In this document: piece by piece, positions 13,380 to 27,600 of the stretch
Layout of the letters: every line of letters starts with the position of its first letter
Position numbering within the stretch: the first letter of the stretch is position 1
DNA from: Catajapyx aquilonaris
Lineage: Eukaryota
Assembly (NCBI GenBank): GCA_000934665.2
Contig: JYFJ02001900.1
Coordinates: 1-64,000 of the forward strand
DNA length: 64,000 nt
Direction of reading: 5' to 3'
The notes under the pieces: generated by a model
Told to the model about the DNA's origin: nothing
The model's input: the letters and a program-made list of their open reading frames with translations, nothing else
Databases searched by the model: none
Position numbers and translations under genes: made by a program

Positions 13380-14605
13380 CAACAATGAAAACAATAGAAC
13401 AACGGGCAGGTTGGCAAGAATAATAATTGCAATCCACGTCGGGTATTGTAACAATTAACGGTTGGAGTACTTCGTGGAGTGCCGAGATCAACAATACCGA
13501 ACAATACAGTACTGTACAGTGCATTTCGATAGAACCTGCCGCAAGGCACCAGGAAAAGCAAAAGAAGAGCTGGTATGCGTTCGTGTGTTTGTTCTCAGAA
13601 GTGTTGCAGTGATGCGTTCATGTTTAGATTGTGTTATCATCAAATATTTCAAAAAATTCCGATAAAATTTTTTCAAATTGAATGTTAAAACCGGGGTTAA
13701 TGCGAAGCGGCGTAAAATGGAGAGGCGTAAAATGGAGCGGCGTAAAACGGGTACTTCCCATATAGGAAATCTTTCTAGGCCGTTTCACAACCAGCAGGCT
13801 ATCATAATTTTCAATTGATCATTGTGGTTTTGTTTATGGATCATGATTTCCGTGCTCTGGATATGTGATAGGAGACATGGCAAATCATGAACATACGGTA
13901 ATAATTTTTCCCTGGGTCGTAAGTAAAAAGCGCAAAACAGACATTCGCGTTTCCTGGTGTTCTGACATGAGTCGCCTGGTTTTGATAATGACCTACTGAT
14001 GACTGACTTATTGCAGTATGATATACTGCGATCTGTACTTACGAACGGGCTCCCGAGGCTCCCCATAAGGATACAGGTAGTACCCGGTAGTTACGCCGGT
14101 AATTCGTGGTTCCCGCAAAACGCGACGTAAAATGAAAAGGCGTAAAACGAGACAAAATTATAATGGAAGTAAATGAGATGGGTTCCAAGATTTCCAAATA
14201 TTTCCCTGATACTGTGCTTAAATTGCAGTTTTTAATGGCGACTAGATTTCAAACATTTATAATATATTGCACGTTTAATGGTTAAGGTTCCAGGTGAAGG
14301 GTCATCTGGTTCTGAGGCCCTTCTTTTGGCAAGAACTGCAGCAGACGTAGGGTATTTAACAGACTTCGGAGGGTTCCGATGAGACCAACAATACGGTACT
14401 GTATTTATCGATAGAACCCGCCACAAGACACCACGAAAGACAAAAAAATAGCATTATTTTATGGTCGTGTGTTCGGACACAAAAGTGTTGAAGAGTTGTG
14501 TTTCAAATTGTGTTGTTATCGTCATATTTTTCACAATTTTTCAATTTAAAAATTTTACAATGTCATTTTCAAACTGGCGCGTAAAACGGCGTAAAACGGG
14601 TGTTT
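13380..14605. mobile_element. Two related pogo/Tigger-like MITE remnants (about 13380-13754 and 14074-14605)
   Basis: Diverged direct repeat (tcgatagaacctgccgcaaggcacc vs tcgatagaacccgccacaagacacc), reiterated ggcgtaaaa subterminal motifs, and a TA|CAGGTAGTACCCG left end at 14072-14086. Confidence 0.5.
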
Positions 14606-14695
14606 TGGAAGTATGAAAAGCGGGATTTTAACATTTTTGTGGGTTGCCCCATTATTGCATAACACTGTCCAACTATCCCTCCGCTGAAGAAACAA

Positions 14696-15418
14696 GTTTC
14701 AGAATTTTTCTTGTCGTTTATGGATGTCCAATAAAATTGTAAAGTATCTCAGCGATTAAATGGGTACCGGTATTTATAGATACAGAAATAATATTAGAGT
14801 TGCTATTTCAGCACTTACTTAATTGTTATTAAGCAACAATGTGATAGATGCTCTCTTCAAAATCTCTGAGCATCGTAACACGTGCTTGGGTTCTTACTGC
14901 TCCGCTCCAGGGACATATATAACGAAGGTGTTTTGGAATGATGCATTTCGCGTAGGGCGGTTTATCGGGGTTCATTGTTGGACACAAGAACCGACCTGAG
15001 TGTTACATGTAGCCTACACAACTGTTGAGAAAGGCATGCTCACAGCTGGAGGCCTATGGAAGAATCTCCATCGTTGCTCCATCCACCTATGTACACGGTT
15101 AGTCCATTCTTGTGTTCAACAATGAACCCTGATAAACTGCCCAACACGACATACGACATAATATACAACATCATTCCAAAATACCATTGTCGCATGTGTC
15201 CCTGGATTGGCAACTGTCCACACGTCAAGTTATGTTCGTATGGTCAGCGGTTTTAAAGAGAACATTTTATCATATTGTTGCTTAATAATAACAGTTATGT
15301 AAATGCTGAAGTGGCAGCTGTAATATTATTTATGGATCGACAAATACCTAATCAATCATTATTCAGCCACGGAATAATTTTTTTGGCCATCCATACACGA
15401 CAAGAAAGATTCTGAAAC
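14696..15418. mobile_element. Foldback / long-inverted-repeat element (about 720 bp, diverged arms)
   Basis: gtttcagaatttttcttgtcgtttatggatgtccaa (from 14696) pairs with ttggccatccatacacgacaagaaagattctgaaac (ending 15418). Inner ggttcattgttggacacaagaa (14969-14990) pairs with ttcttgtgttcaacaatgaacc (15107-15128). Confidence 0.75.
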
Positions 15419-16992
15419 CTGCACCTTCCTCACTGAGAAGCCCATTAAAATGGGAATCTCTTTTAACTTCATGCAATTTATCATTTTACTCGACCATTGA
15501 CATCGGCATATTTATTGTTTAATACCTCGGTAGAGTTCTTGAATCAGGGAACAGGAGTTCTCCAGATGTTGCGGAATCCCAAGTAAACATTTCCCTTATC
15601 ATTTTAATTGCCATTCAAAATAAATCGCAGAGGTCCATTAATGATCAACATCAAAATAATAAAAAATTTTATCACCATTTTTATTTAAGATTTTTTTGTC
15701 TTCTTAATTACGAGTATGACCATCTCATAAAGAGTGAAATTACCTTTCAAATGCACACAAAGTTTAGGAATTAACTGTTATTCTGGGAGTTGTCCTCCAA
15801 GTAACAGCTTATGGATGCTTACGGAGCAAAATTGGCACATTGGGCACCCTGTAGTTTCGCAACCACTCGTCGTACTGAGAAACAAACTCGGTTACGCAAA
15901 CCTGTCTGTTGGTACTACAATATACTTGAATACTCGTATGACCAAAACCTGAAAAGGTCATGGCAAAGGGTAGCCACATTGACGCAGAATGCCCCATACG
16001 ATCCTACTTATACTGTAGTTACCATTAATACATTCATACACACTGATCATATAGGCTACCTCATCAACCCCCTATTGTGCAGCTTATTTAAATAACACTA
16101 AAATAACATGTAGTCTGCGGGGAACTATGCATTGTTATTTGTAATGCGGGAGTATTAACAATTGAAGAAGTATCCACCGGCTGACACGTTCACATGGATT
16201 ATGACTCATAACTCATGATCCATTGTCTTGATCACGTGGATCCTACCAAAAATCTAAAGCGTAAGCAATGCAGATTCGATGGAAAAAATATGGTGCTTTT
16301 GTCCAACCTGTCCCCATGCTGTCAAATTTTGACCCTAAGAGCCCCCACTAGTTCAACATATGTANGGGGGGGGGGGGGGGGGGGGGGACTCGTCACAATA
16401 TAAAATAATGTCTCTTAATAACAATAGTAATGTCCGAGAGGTGAATTGCATTTGAACACTTGAAATCCTAGGCTGTTCTTATGTGACCACCAGACGTGAC
16501 GCAAGGAGTTCCTTTAATTTGTCGCCAATGACTCTTTATTATTACTGATCAGTCTCGGATCGGTCAGTTACGTGTATCTATTATGCAGCAATTAAATCAG
16601 GCGGCAGCGATATCTACTGCGCGTCAGTGAGCTTATTGACAGAGGTAAGTACACATGTCCAGTGCAATCTTTGCACGTGTAGTTGCAACAAGTAATTTAC
16701 CGTGAGAAGGTAAGGCCCATATTTGCAACTTGTACACATCTCATTAGCTCATTATTGTTGGCCACTTACGTACACACAAACTAAGGCGTGCATCCACAAC
16801 TTAATTGACTCCCCAAACCTATTTAAACTCGGCAAGTTGCATCTTCTGACGTACCTGCATTTTACACGTATTACATAACAACACAGTATCTGATAATGAT
16901 CTTTTGTCAGCTGTGTCTAACCAGATCATCGGAGAGCAGCGGAGGTCCCGCGCATCTTATACTGGTCACTGGGTGCAAAAACACTCGCAACA

Positions 16993-19947
16993 ATGTTGGA
17001 AGACAATAATTTCAACTGGGTGGACTGGATAGTGCTGGTGGGTACCCTGGTGTTTGCCCTGCTCATTGGGTTCTACTATGCGTTCATGGACAAGCAAAAA
17101 ACCAACGAGGACCTGCTTCTCGGAGGAAGGACCATGTCCATGGTTCCAGTGGCACTCTCCATGATGGCCACTTACGTCTCCGCAACAATGGTTTTAGGTG
17201 AGCATCAACTCTCATCCTTATTTCAAATGCGAAGTTGAAAACTTTCGCTATAGCAATAGCTGAGCTGGACACGAGTGACTTACATGTGCAACTGCAGTGA
17301 CAAAATTCACTTCGATAATAATGCCATAAAGTTGGAATATAGACCCTACTAATTGGAAACATTGTGCAAGGACAGATAATGATTACAAATTATCTTTGCT
17401 GACCATCACGGCGTCGCAATAGGTATGTACTGATATGAACGATATACAACAACAAATATATTGGCAATGTAAGGTCAGGGGTGTTACGCAGCGTCCGCCA
17501 GAGATGGCGACACGTTTATGTATGATCTATGCACAACAAGTGCACGTTTCAATAAAAATAGTTTTGCTATGATATAACTAACATGCCGTTTTTACAGGAA
17601 CGCCTGCGGAAATATACAACCACGGAACCCTAATATTCACATTAGTGATCGAAATGATCGTGTTCGTGCCCATTAGCAGCTTCGTCTACGTGCCAGTATT
17701 TTACAAGCTGAGACTGACCAGTGTGAACGAAGTGAGTTGACGAGCTGCAACCAGCTAATTAGCGTGCTAATTATCTGCTCTTGCCTCTCAGTACCTGGAG
17801 CTGCGATTCAATTCGGTCGTCGTGAGGTGGTTGGCATCGGCCACGTTCATAATTCAGATGACCTTCAACATGGGCATAGTCCTCTACGCCCCGTCGCTGG
17901 CCATGCAAACCTTCCTCGGATGTCCAGTGTGGCTGTCCATCCTCGTGGTCGGAGGATGCGGGACAATCTACACCGCCATTGTTAGTAAATTGGTCTCTAT
18001 TCGACGCTAACTGCGATGATTAAAATTTGCATTGGTTATATGTTGGCAGGGTGGACTCCGTGCGGTGGTCTGGAGCGACGTGTTCCAGGTGGTGGTGATG
18101 GTGGCAGGGATGCTGGCCATCCTGATCAAGGGGCTCATTGACGTAGGGGGATTCGGAAATGCCTTCGCCATAGCCAACGAGCACGGCCGCCTCCAGTTTG
18201 TCGAGTATGCACACATTAATATGGAAACACATAGAGAGGAATCGCAAAATGGGCTTGGTTTCTTTACAGCTTCAGCTTCAGCCCATTTCTTCGCCAAACA
18301 ACATGGTCTCTATTTTTCGGCTACGGTATACTTTCGCTCTGCGTGTTTTCAACCCATCAGCCCCAAGTGCAGCGATACTCCAGCATGGGCAGTCTAAGAG
18401 GAGCCATGGGGTACGATAATTACAAACCTTGACTTATACACATGAGCTTAGGTAACCTTGCAGTTCATTCATCCATGGCCTCCAATTAGTAAGATACAGA
18501 TTGGCAAAGAACCCGGGATCAGGTGTTGTGGTTTCGAAATTCCGCAAGCCAGTTGGGCGCATGTCGGAAATTTTTTAACGTCAGTCGGGAGCTGTCTCTA
18601 CGTAGGATGCTTTTCAGGGCGATGCTGCTGAGCATACCGATGTTCGTCATCATGTTCACCCTGGGAATCCTGACTGGAGTGGTGATCTTCGCGGTGTACG
18701 CAGGCTGCGACCCAATCAAGACAGGACAGATCGAGAGGGTGGATCAGATCATACCGTACTTCGTGGTGGAGCAGCTCTCCATGGTCAAAGGCATGATGGG
18801 TCTTTTCCTGGCCTGTCTGTTCAGCGCCTCGCTCAGCACAGTGTCCTCTGGACTCAACTCAGTGGCAGCCGTCACCTGGGAGGACTTCCTGGTCAGAACT
18901 AACTACTTCAAGAACATGGCCGAATCCAAGCAGGCCACGGTCACCAAAATAGTCGGTGAGCATCTCGCATCATTCACGCAATATTAACTCGATGTTCACA
19001 ATCGCCTTTTTCCAGCGTTTAGTTACGGAATTTTATCCATTGGGTTCGCTTTCGTTGTGGTCAACATGGGATCACTTCTGACCGTCGCGTTCACAGTGGT
19101 CGGGGTCATAATAGGGCCCCTAGGAGGCGTGTTTTTCCTTGGGCTCTTCATCCCTCATGTGGACAAGTGGGTAAGTGTTTGCCTTGCCTAGATAAAACTA
19201 TTATTGCAACCACACATCTCCAGCATGTAACGGCATCTCATGACATGTTGTGTTCCAGGGTGCGGCGATTGGAATGATAGTGAGCCACATCACCACCATC
19301 TGGATATGTATTGGAGGCATGTTGATAGGAATAAACCACATTCCTATGCCCACCTCGACTGACCTGTGTCCGAACGAAACGCTGGTAAGTATCCAATGAC
19401 ATCATGCATATTATTGCAAACTTAATAACTGCGAAAAAAAAATGCATTGCAGGCCATATCTCCTGAAATGAGCGTGATGATGCCCGAGCATGTGGAAGTG
19501 TGAGTATTCCTTTGATCATATGGAATCTTTGCGAGCATCGCACTAAAGACAATTTACATTGCAGCGAGTGGCCGGAGAAAATATACACGATCTCGTACAT
19601 CTTGTATGCTCCAATCGGGACTCTGGTCTGCATGGTTGTAGGCAGTGTTGTATCGCTGTTCACAGGTAAAGTCTCTGCAGCGTTGTTACTGTCGATCGCA
19701 ATTGAAACGACGCTTTCCTGTTCCTGCAGGAAAGAACGAAATACCGCAGGAGAAGGAGAACCTGTTTCATCCTGGAGTGATCAAGCTGCACTACTACCTT
19801 CAACGCAAGCTTTGTAAGAGGCACTACAAGCCGGTCAACATACAAATACCAGTCGATCGTATCTCGTCAAACCCGTACCTAATGAACGGAGACTACAAGG
19901 ATGAGAAGTCAGATGGACAGGAAATGTCGAAGAAACAGTTGGGTTGA
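16993..19947 (+). CDS. SLC5 symporter (SMCT-like), paralog 3; 11 exons: 16993-17197, 17598-17731, 17792-17980, 18050-18204, 18270-18410, 18618-18955, 19016-19170, 19259-19384, 19453-19499, 19565-19665, 19730-19947
   Basis: Open spliced frame with GT-AG introns. Motifs GGLRAVVWSDVFQ, QVQRYSS, LFSASLSTVSSGLNSVAAVTWEDF. Probable 5' UTR exon ending at GAG|GTAAGT (about 16644) with an acceptor at 16910. Confidence 0.92.
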
Positions 19948-20868
19948 ACAGTCCCAGAGTCAGTGCATTGTGCTCCGTAATAATCATCCGAGTAATCATC
20001 TCAGTGCAGCTTTCATATAATAGACTATTCGAACTGTCCGTCACTCTCTGTAGAGCTGAACTCTAATGAGAACCGGTTAACATTATTCATAACAAAACAT
20101 GGAAACTGCATAAGCTTACAGCATTCATCTGTATGTGAAAACAGCCTGTGTTTCAAATCAAATGCTTTTTTTGCCCCAATACAGATTCTGAGATTAACCT
20201 ACAGTGTGGACCGCAAATTAACTGTAGTACGTCTACCTTAGTTTTATGTTTCAAAAATTCGTCAAATGTTCAAGCATGCCGCTGCTTAATAAACGGAAAT
20301 GTTGTCCATTGCACAACTCTGTTTGGTACACCTGCAAAGCCTTTTCAATATAAAGTACTTACTATAGTGTGATGCCCTGCACACACCAGAAACTAGTTAA
20401 GTGCAAAAATACTTCGCGAAATGCCTTTTTATAAGACAAATGTTATACACATACTTCTCACACCTTCACAATGTGGGAATTCAATAATTACCACCTTCAT
20501 ATTTGACCATTTAGCAAATACTGACCCAGCACATACACACACTTTCCGCTTTATAAACATAACTATAGATTTATGTAATTAACGAATTCACTGAACCTTT
20601 ATCACAATCGACCAGAGATGCAAGGCATGTTGTGATATATGCTGTATAGCTTATTCAGCCCATACAAACGTGCAACAAAGAAATAATATTCACGAAACAA
20701 AGCATAATATATTATGCAACTTTGCAACACACACGTTTGCTGCTACTGTATAAGGCAATGCAGTAATAAATTTTGTGAGTTAAAATAGAAGCATAACTAT
20801 ATGAACACCGAGCTATAGTCTACCTCATTCTATACAGTATTATTGCTCATTTAGGCAAAATATATGTA

Positions 20869-21047
20869 GCGTATTTGACGGCATATAACCCGCACGGGCA
20901 TGTATAAGACGCACCCCAATAATTTAAGCAGATCATATTCAGAAAAAAAGGTCGTAGGCAATTGTATTTTCGCATATAAGACGCGAGGCGATTTTTAAAG
21001 TCATTTTTGGGGGGAAAAAAGTGCGTATTATATGCCGTCAAATATGG
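20869..21047. mobile_element. Short pogo/Tc1-mariner-type MITE
   Basis: TIRs cgtatttgacggcatataa ... ttatatgccgtcaaatatg; TA on the left flank, CA (mutated TA) on the right. Confidence 0.7.
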
Positions 21048-22303
21048 CAATTAAACAGTATGATGGAAACGTTACACATAATATCCAGTATGTAAAAATA
21101 AGGTGTCTAAAAATAGTAAAATAGTAAAGCAACGTTTTGTAATATTGAATGCCCCCGATAGTAGAGAACGCGTTATTTTTGATATAAAGCTGTTGATCGC
21201 AGGTGAAGCAAGTGAATGACTAATACGTCAATATAATCGGTTCGATGACACTAACGAAGGAAATAATCACGGTTCATACGTACTAGCTCTTGTTATCGGC
21301 TACTACAGACATCAGCTTTTACCGAGTCATCAACTCTTCATAAAGTAAATTAAATGGTCTATTACTGTAGTACACAACATATCTTATGACGCCAGAAAGG
21401 GTATTGGAATCAAAATTACCTGACATATTCACACGACGTATATAACAAAGAGACATATCTGGGCCAATGCTTCTTTCTATTGCATTGTATGGATGGATGG
21501 AATACTGTCTTGAAATAATACAGTAGGCTAATAAACATGCAAAAATAAATATATGTTCTGAAATCATACAACTAGGCCTACAACATGCTGCAAGCTATAG
21601 TAACGTTTTTATTATTCTGAAGGTATGCATGGGCAGAGAGCAGCATCAACTGCATAAATGAAAAAAAAGTAAAATGTAAATTATCTTGAAAATGTGTAAC
21701 GTGGCACAACTTCACAGTGGCCTGAGGGTTCACCTCATTACTATATATAGACTTACTATTTAATTAGAATGCGGCCGTTTACCAGTAAATAAACAAATAG
21801 CCCAGCGGTGTCAACAGCAGGTTAATAACACGATAAGTGAAACGTAAATCACCGCACCCATATAACTTCTCTGTCAATTAAACCCCTATTGCGTGTTTAT
21901 TGCCACTGGCTATCATCCTTGGGCTGGAATGAAAACACGGGACTAACACGGGGATAGATTATATTAGGTGCAATGGCCACTACTGGACATCTTAAATAAT
22001 AAGCGACTGCGAGTACAAAAGGCACACTTCTCTCTCGGCATGATAAAACTCAAACAATTGCCCCAACAACATTATTTTTTTTTCTCTCGCTCACAAGTTT
22101 GCAAACATTCTGGAAGAATCCGTCCCAAGATATACCAATTAACTATTCCCTCCGATAAGAGCGTCGTATATCGACAGCGACCCTTCAAAATGGTCATTCC
22201 GCAACTGACCACCGTTCAAAATACTGCCAGTATCTCTTCAAATCGTCGACTCACTACAATAGACAAGTGCTTGATGTACGGGTGACAATACATAGAGGCA
22301 AAG

Positions 22304-24636
22304 ATGTCGACTCCTTTTTCCGTGAAATTCACCTGGACGGACATACTGCTCCTGGTAGGATCGTTGGTCCTGGTGATGCTGGTCGGAGTGTACTATGGAA
22401 TCATCAAGAAGCAGAGGACTAACGCTGAACTATTTCTCGGAGGACGATCCATGTCCATGGTGCCTGTTTCGTTCTCCATGCTGGCGACTTACTTCTCAGC
22501 TATCCTTGTCCTAGGTAAGCTCTTGCGACTATATACCGGAGACGAAATCTCCATGTCTCATGTTTAATGTCGACAGGTCAACCAGCAGAAATATACGGAT
22601 ACGGAACGCTGTTTTCCACGTACCTGTTCAACGTGGTCGTGTTCGTTCCTTTGATAGCCTTCCTGTTCGTGCCTTGTTTCTACAAGTTGCAACTGGTCAG
22701 CGTGTACGAGGTGAGTATACGAAATTAATTTAATTTAGTTGCAATGTAAACGCTCCCAATTCTCGCAGTACCTTGAACTCCGGTTTGACTCCTCACTGGT
22801 CCGATGGATGGCATCGGGAACGTACATTGTACAAACAGTTCTGGCTACAGGAGTAGTCATGTTCGCTCCGTCTCTGGCAATGGAAACGTTTCTCAACTTC
22901 CCAGGATGGGGATCTATTCTGGTCATGGGCGTTTGCGGCACCGTCTACACTGCTATCGTAAGTACTATGGCATCTAGAATATTTTTCGCGTACTATATTT
23001 GTGTCATGCACAGGGAGGTCTCCGAGCAGTGGTCTGGACTGATGTATTCCAGCTGATCATAATGTTCGGCGGCATGGTGACCATCCTGGTCAAGGCACTG
23101 GTCAACGTCGGAGGCATCGAATCAGCCTTTGAAATCGCCAGTCAGCACGGACGAGTCCAGTTTTACGAGTAAGTTTTCCATCTCATGTGTTGACTCTTGC
23201 GAATCTGTTTACTGATTCCTCTTATCCAGCTTCCGGATGAGTCCTTTCATTCGTCACACCACATTGGGGCTTGTGATCGGCTCAGGGTTTACCACGCTCT
23301 TCCAGTACTCCACGCACCAACCGCAGGTGCAACGGTACTGCAGCGTCAAGAGTTTGAGGCACGCCATCGGGTAAGTTCGAACCGATCTATACATCGGACA
23401 AAATTTTCAAAGAGTGTTAAACTAACTTTTTTTGAACTCGTAGAGCAATGCTCCTGAACATCCCGCTGATTTTGATCATTGTCGGCGTGTCAGTGCTGAC
23501 TGGAGTAGCTCTCTTCGCAAACTATGCCACGTGCGATCCTTACAAATCAGGCCAGATCGACAGAATCGACGAGATCGTGCCGTACTTTGTGGCCCACGAA
23601 ATGTCCGACATACCAGGCATGATGGGCCTCTTTCTTGCCTGTCTTCTCAGTGCTTCGCTCAGGTAAGTTGATTTAGAACTGTCAGAGTTTAAATTAAGCA
23701 AAAAGTAACAATAGTAATTTGAATCAATTTCAGCACCGTGTCTTCAGGATTGAACTCCTTGGCGGCTGTCACATGGGAAGATTTCATGTACAAGATGCAG
23801 TTCTTCAGGAGGATGCCCGAAGAGAAGCAAGCCCGTGTCACGAAAATTACGGCCCTTCTGTACGGCTGTATCATCACCATTTTTTCGTTCCTGTCTGCCT
23901 ACATGGGTCCGGTCCTAACCGCGATCATAAGCGTCAGCGGCGCCGTCCTGGGACCTCTCGGAGGCGTCTTCATCCTTGGGCTATTCTGTCCTTTCGCCAA
24001 TAAATGGGTATGTAAGAAGTCTTCTAGTAACAACCCGAGATAATTTTATTCACAATATACTTCATGCAATCAGGGGTCTATAGTCGGGATGGTAATCAGT
24101 CACCTCATAACTCAATGGATCTGCATTGGAAGCCTGATCTATGGCCAGAACCACGTTCCTCTACCTACCAGCATCGAGGATTGTCCGCTGGTCAACGGTA
24201 CGATGCCCCACGACATCGTCACCGATACACCTTACCTGGTCACAGAAGAGCATGACCTGTAAGTTACCATTTTGAATGAAAATAGTCAATATAATATTAT
24301 GACTTATGAATTTTTCAGCGACTGGCCTGAGAAGATGTACACCTTCTCCTACATCTTGTATTCCGTGCTAGGCTCGTCCATCACTATTGCAGTCGGAATT
24401 GCAGTCAGCTTACTCACAGGTGAGACTATATAAATTCCATTCCTTACAAGGCTATAAAGTCGACTCCTACTGTTACAGGTTACAAGTCGGTCGGAGAAGA
24501 AAAGGAGTATCTTCTCCACCCGATTGTTGTCAAGCTGAGGAAAAGATGCTGCGGCCAAGCCAAGGTGTCGTACGACATAAAAACGATCCAGCCTCTCATC
24601 AGCGTCTCATCTAGTGGTTCAAGTGACACAAAGTGA
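22304..24636 (+). CDS. SLC5 symporter (SMCT-like), paralog 4; 10 exons: 22304-22514, 22577-22710, 22769-22957, 23014-23168, 23230-23370, 23444-23662, 23734-24007, 24074-24258, 24319-24419, 24479-24636
   Basis: Open spliced frame. Motifs GGLRAVVWTDVFQ, QVQRYCS, LLSASLS|TVSSGLNSLAAVTWEDF; stop TGA 24634-24636. Confidence 0.92.
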
Positions 24637-27600
24637 AGGCATGCCCAATCAGAGGGCGGTTGTAATTTATGCTAGGCTATTTGTTTACATGAAATCAATT
24701 AAAGTTGAACTTTAGTTGGTATTGTCATTTAGTATTGTATATTTGCTTTCATAAAAGCGTTTTATGTGTGTAAATTATATCAAGAAGTTACACCTTCTGA
24801 GAGGGATCAAAATAAAATATTTCTTTCTAAAAAAAACATTCGAGTCAAAGTGTTCAATATTTCCACGCCACTGCTGCTTGCCACTCGCACTTTTAGCATA
24901 AATTTCCTCCTTTTTCCTCAGCAAACCCTGCAATTTCACACTCCGCTGACTAAACCGCGAACCGTTTTTATTTCGATATGTAAAAATATCGCAGCTCAGC
25001 CAAGTAGATCCAGGGTCACGGCCCTGCCTGCAACAAACAGCGCCGTCAGCACCTGATACGCGTGAGGTCTGCTGCTCGCCGATTGTTCAGTGGAGCTAGG
25101 CAAATGAATATATTCCAGAGAATACGCCTATTTATAGCTAGACGAGGGAGGCCATCAGCAACGTGTCAGCTGTGAATTACAGTCAGAGTCTATGAGGCTG
25201 CACATATTGCACAAACCTTACAGGTATACACTCCGAATTTAAATAGAGATACAATTTAGACCGGAAAATGCACAAGCGAGAATTCACATGGCATGTGGCC
25301 TTGCAACATGTTGCATATATCTGTAATGTAGCAGCACAATATTAGTACTTGAGTGCGAACCAGACATATTACTGTCCAGCATTACGATTAATCTCCTGTC
25401 GATCTAAAAATATAGTCCACTTCCTTTCAACGTGCGCCCAGACTAATCCAACGACGACCTTGAAAAATATTGCACGCACTTTAAGTATGTCAAGGTCACC
25501 AACTCACCGCTAATTTGGCAATAGTGACCACATGTCAGACAGACGTCACTCTCACGCAGAGTAAAATAGTGGTATTCCCGCAATGAAATGCATATTTAAA
25601 TCACGTACTCATCGATGAGCACAAGTTAAGAGACTCTTGAACTCCGTCGACCTCCAAGTGCAAATGTCATTACGCAACCGAACGATGAGTTTCACGTCCT
25701 CATACAAATAGCCTTGAACCTGATGAAGGTTTAAGTCGCTCCATGGACGCGATCAATGCATCCCAACCGGATAATATAATTGCATGCATTTTTCAGAAGG
25801 CAAAAATCTCTTTGTTGTATCCGACGCCCATGGCCTTGCCTGGAGTGTGTCACTGCCGCATTTTCATTCAGAGGTCAACCCCAAAAGGAGTGACGTCTCG
25901 TAACCAATCCCTATACACTTGAGTTAAGCTCCTGCAACTCGATTTCCAACTTTGCATATTGCAACCTGACCTGGAGTACACTAACACATGTTCTAAGAAG
26001 CTAGATAGCAGTGTCTCAAAATTTCAACAACTACTTGCTCTTTCTCAAAGCCACTCTTTCTTATGTTAGACACTTTTTTCTTTCTTTCTTGGCCTTCGGT
26101 TATGTTCACACATGTGGCACAGGTACTTTTTTTATCACGGTATAATTCTCGCTATCGTGAGCAAAAGCGAGTCCAGCAAGTCACGTCCGACAGAAAACAC
26201 AAGCGCAGCATATTGTATTTTGATCTTTGTTTTCAATACCACGGAAACTAATATTAGCCAGCACGTTCTGAGAACTTGTGGGGAAAAAAGGAGATGTATT
26301 TAGACCGAATTCTTCAGACAGTGCAACTCAAAATTCTGCACTGCATTTTCCTGCTTAGCTGTTTTCCCCCCAGCTACTCGATATCTGCTCAGCGGGGATC
26401 AATCGGCGAAAATGACCAGTCATCAGCTAACCAGCATGAAGCATGCGTTTTTATTAACATACATTGCGCTGCCACATTGCGCGGTGACAGGCATAACATG
26501 CGCAAAAAAAAAGAGAATAAAATGGCATCAATATGCATAACTCTAAGGCCCAACAGCTGGGGAATGCTAATAAAGATAAGCCTGATCCACAACAGCTACA
26601 GTGGCGATACAACTGCGCTTTCCAGTTGGCATGTTAGTCGCTGCTCGGAAAGTTACAGCTCAAGCCGGATATCACCATACGGTAAGTACACCTTGCCTCA
26701 AATAATTATGTACGAAGTTTGAAAGGTGAAATAACAGATGTTAGCATAAATGACAAAAAAAAAGTTAGTAAAGACTTACAAATTACAAGAAAAGCTGCAC
26801 TCCTAACTCAGGATAAGTGTTACTATAATCGCATTGCAGAAAAACAAATTCTATAATCCTATCAGGACATGAACTTTCCCAATTGCAGCCATATTCGCTG
26901 CATTATAACAGTTCAGTTCAAGTGCTTTCGGCGCCGTTTCATTTGACGTTGCATTGTATTACGACAATGGGAGGAAATACATTATCACACAATAGTTATA
27001 ACTGCGACCACAGTAAACCCGCAAATTATTGCCGTGTAATTCCTAAGATGTCATTACACAAGCAGTCACTGCGTATTTTGTTACGCCTTGTTCACTATAC
27101 ACCCAATAGCGTTTTCAGTGCCGGTAAAAAAGTGATACCACTGCTGCAGAATGTCCTATATGCAATAGGGTACAAAAAAAATGTAACAACTGTTAATTAT
27201 CTAAAAGCGTCCGCAAATAACCCCCAATAAAACTATAAAATTCGACCATTGGTAGCAATAGTAACCCTCCAAATAAGGGAATCCCTCAATTAATAAGCTA
27301 CCTACATCCATAAATTTCTTTTTACGAATCTTCAAATCTATTGTATGTTAATAGATTAGACCTTGAGTCTGCCCGGATATCGGAGGCCTTCTCCGTGTAC
27401 CAAGAAAAAGTCCTTTTGTAACTCATTACAACCAATCAAAAGCAGCTTCCTTATGTCCTTTTTTTAAAAACTTCTCCATAGCTTTGCCCTCTTTCCTTCC
27501 TGTTTCGGACACACACACAAAACGCGGAATCAGCACGCAGATAGCCATTGGTCACCAAAATCTGACTTATAGGACTTGCTGTGTCATTCAGTCATCCAAG

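Noticed and set aside
13700..13752. Short spaced repeats ggcgtaaaa resembling a CRISPR-like array
   Set aside because: Repeats are too short, have no unique spacers, and sit in a eukaryotic MITE subterminal region.
16361..16387. Single N followed by a long G run (also a C run at the window start)
   Set aside because: Probable assembly or sequencing junction at a homopolymer. Not interpretable biologically, though it adds a small caveat on contiguity between paralogs 2 and 3.
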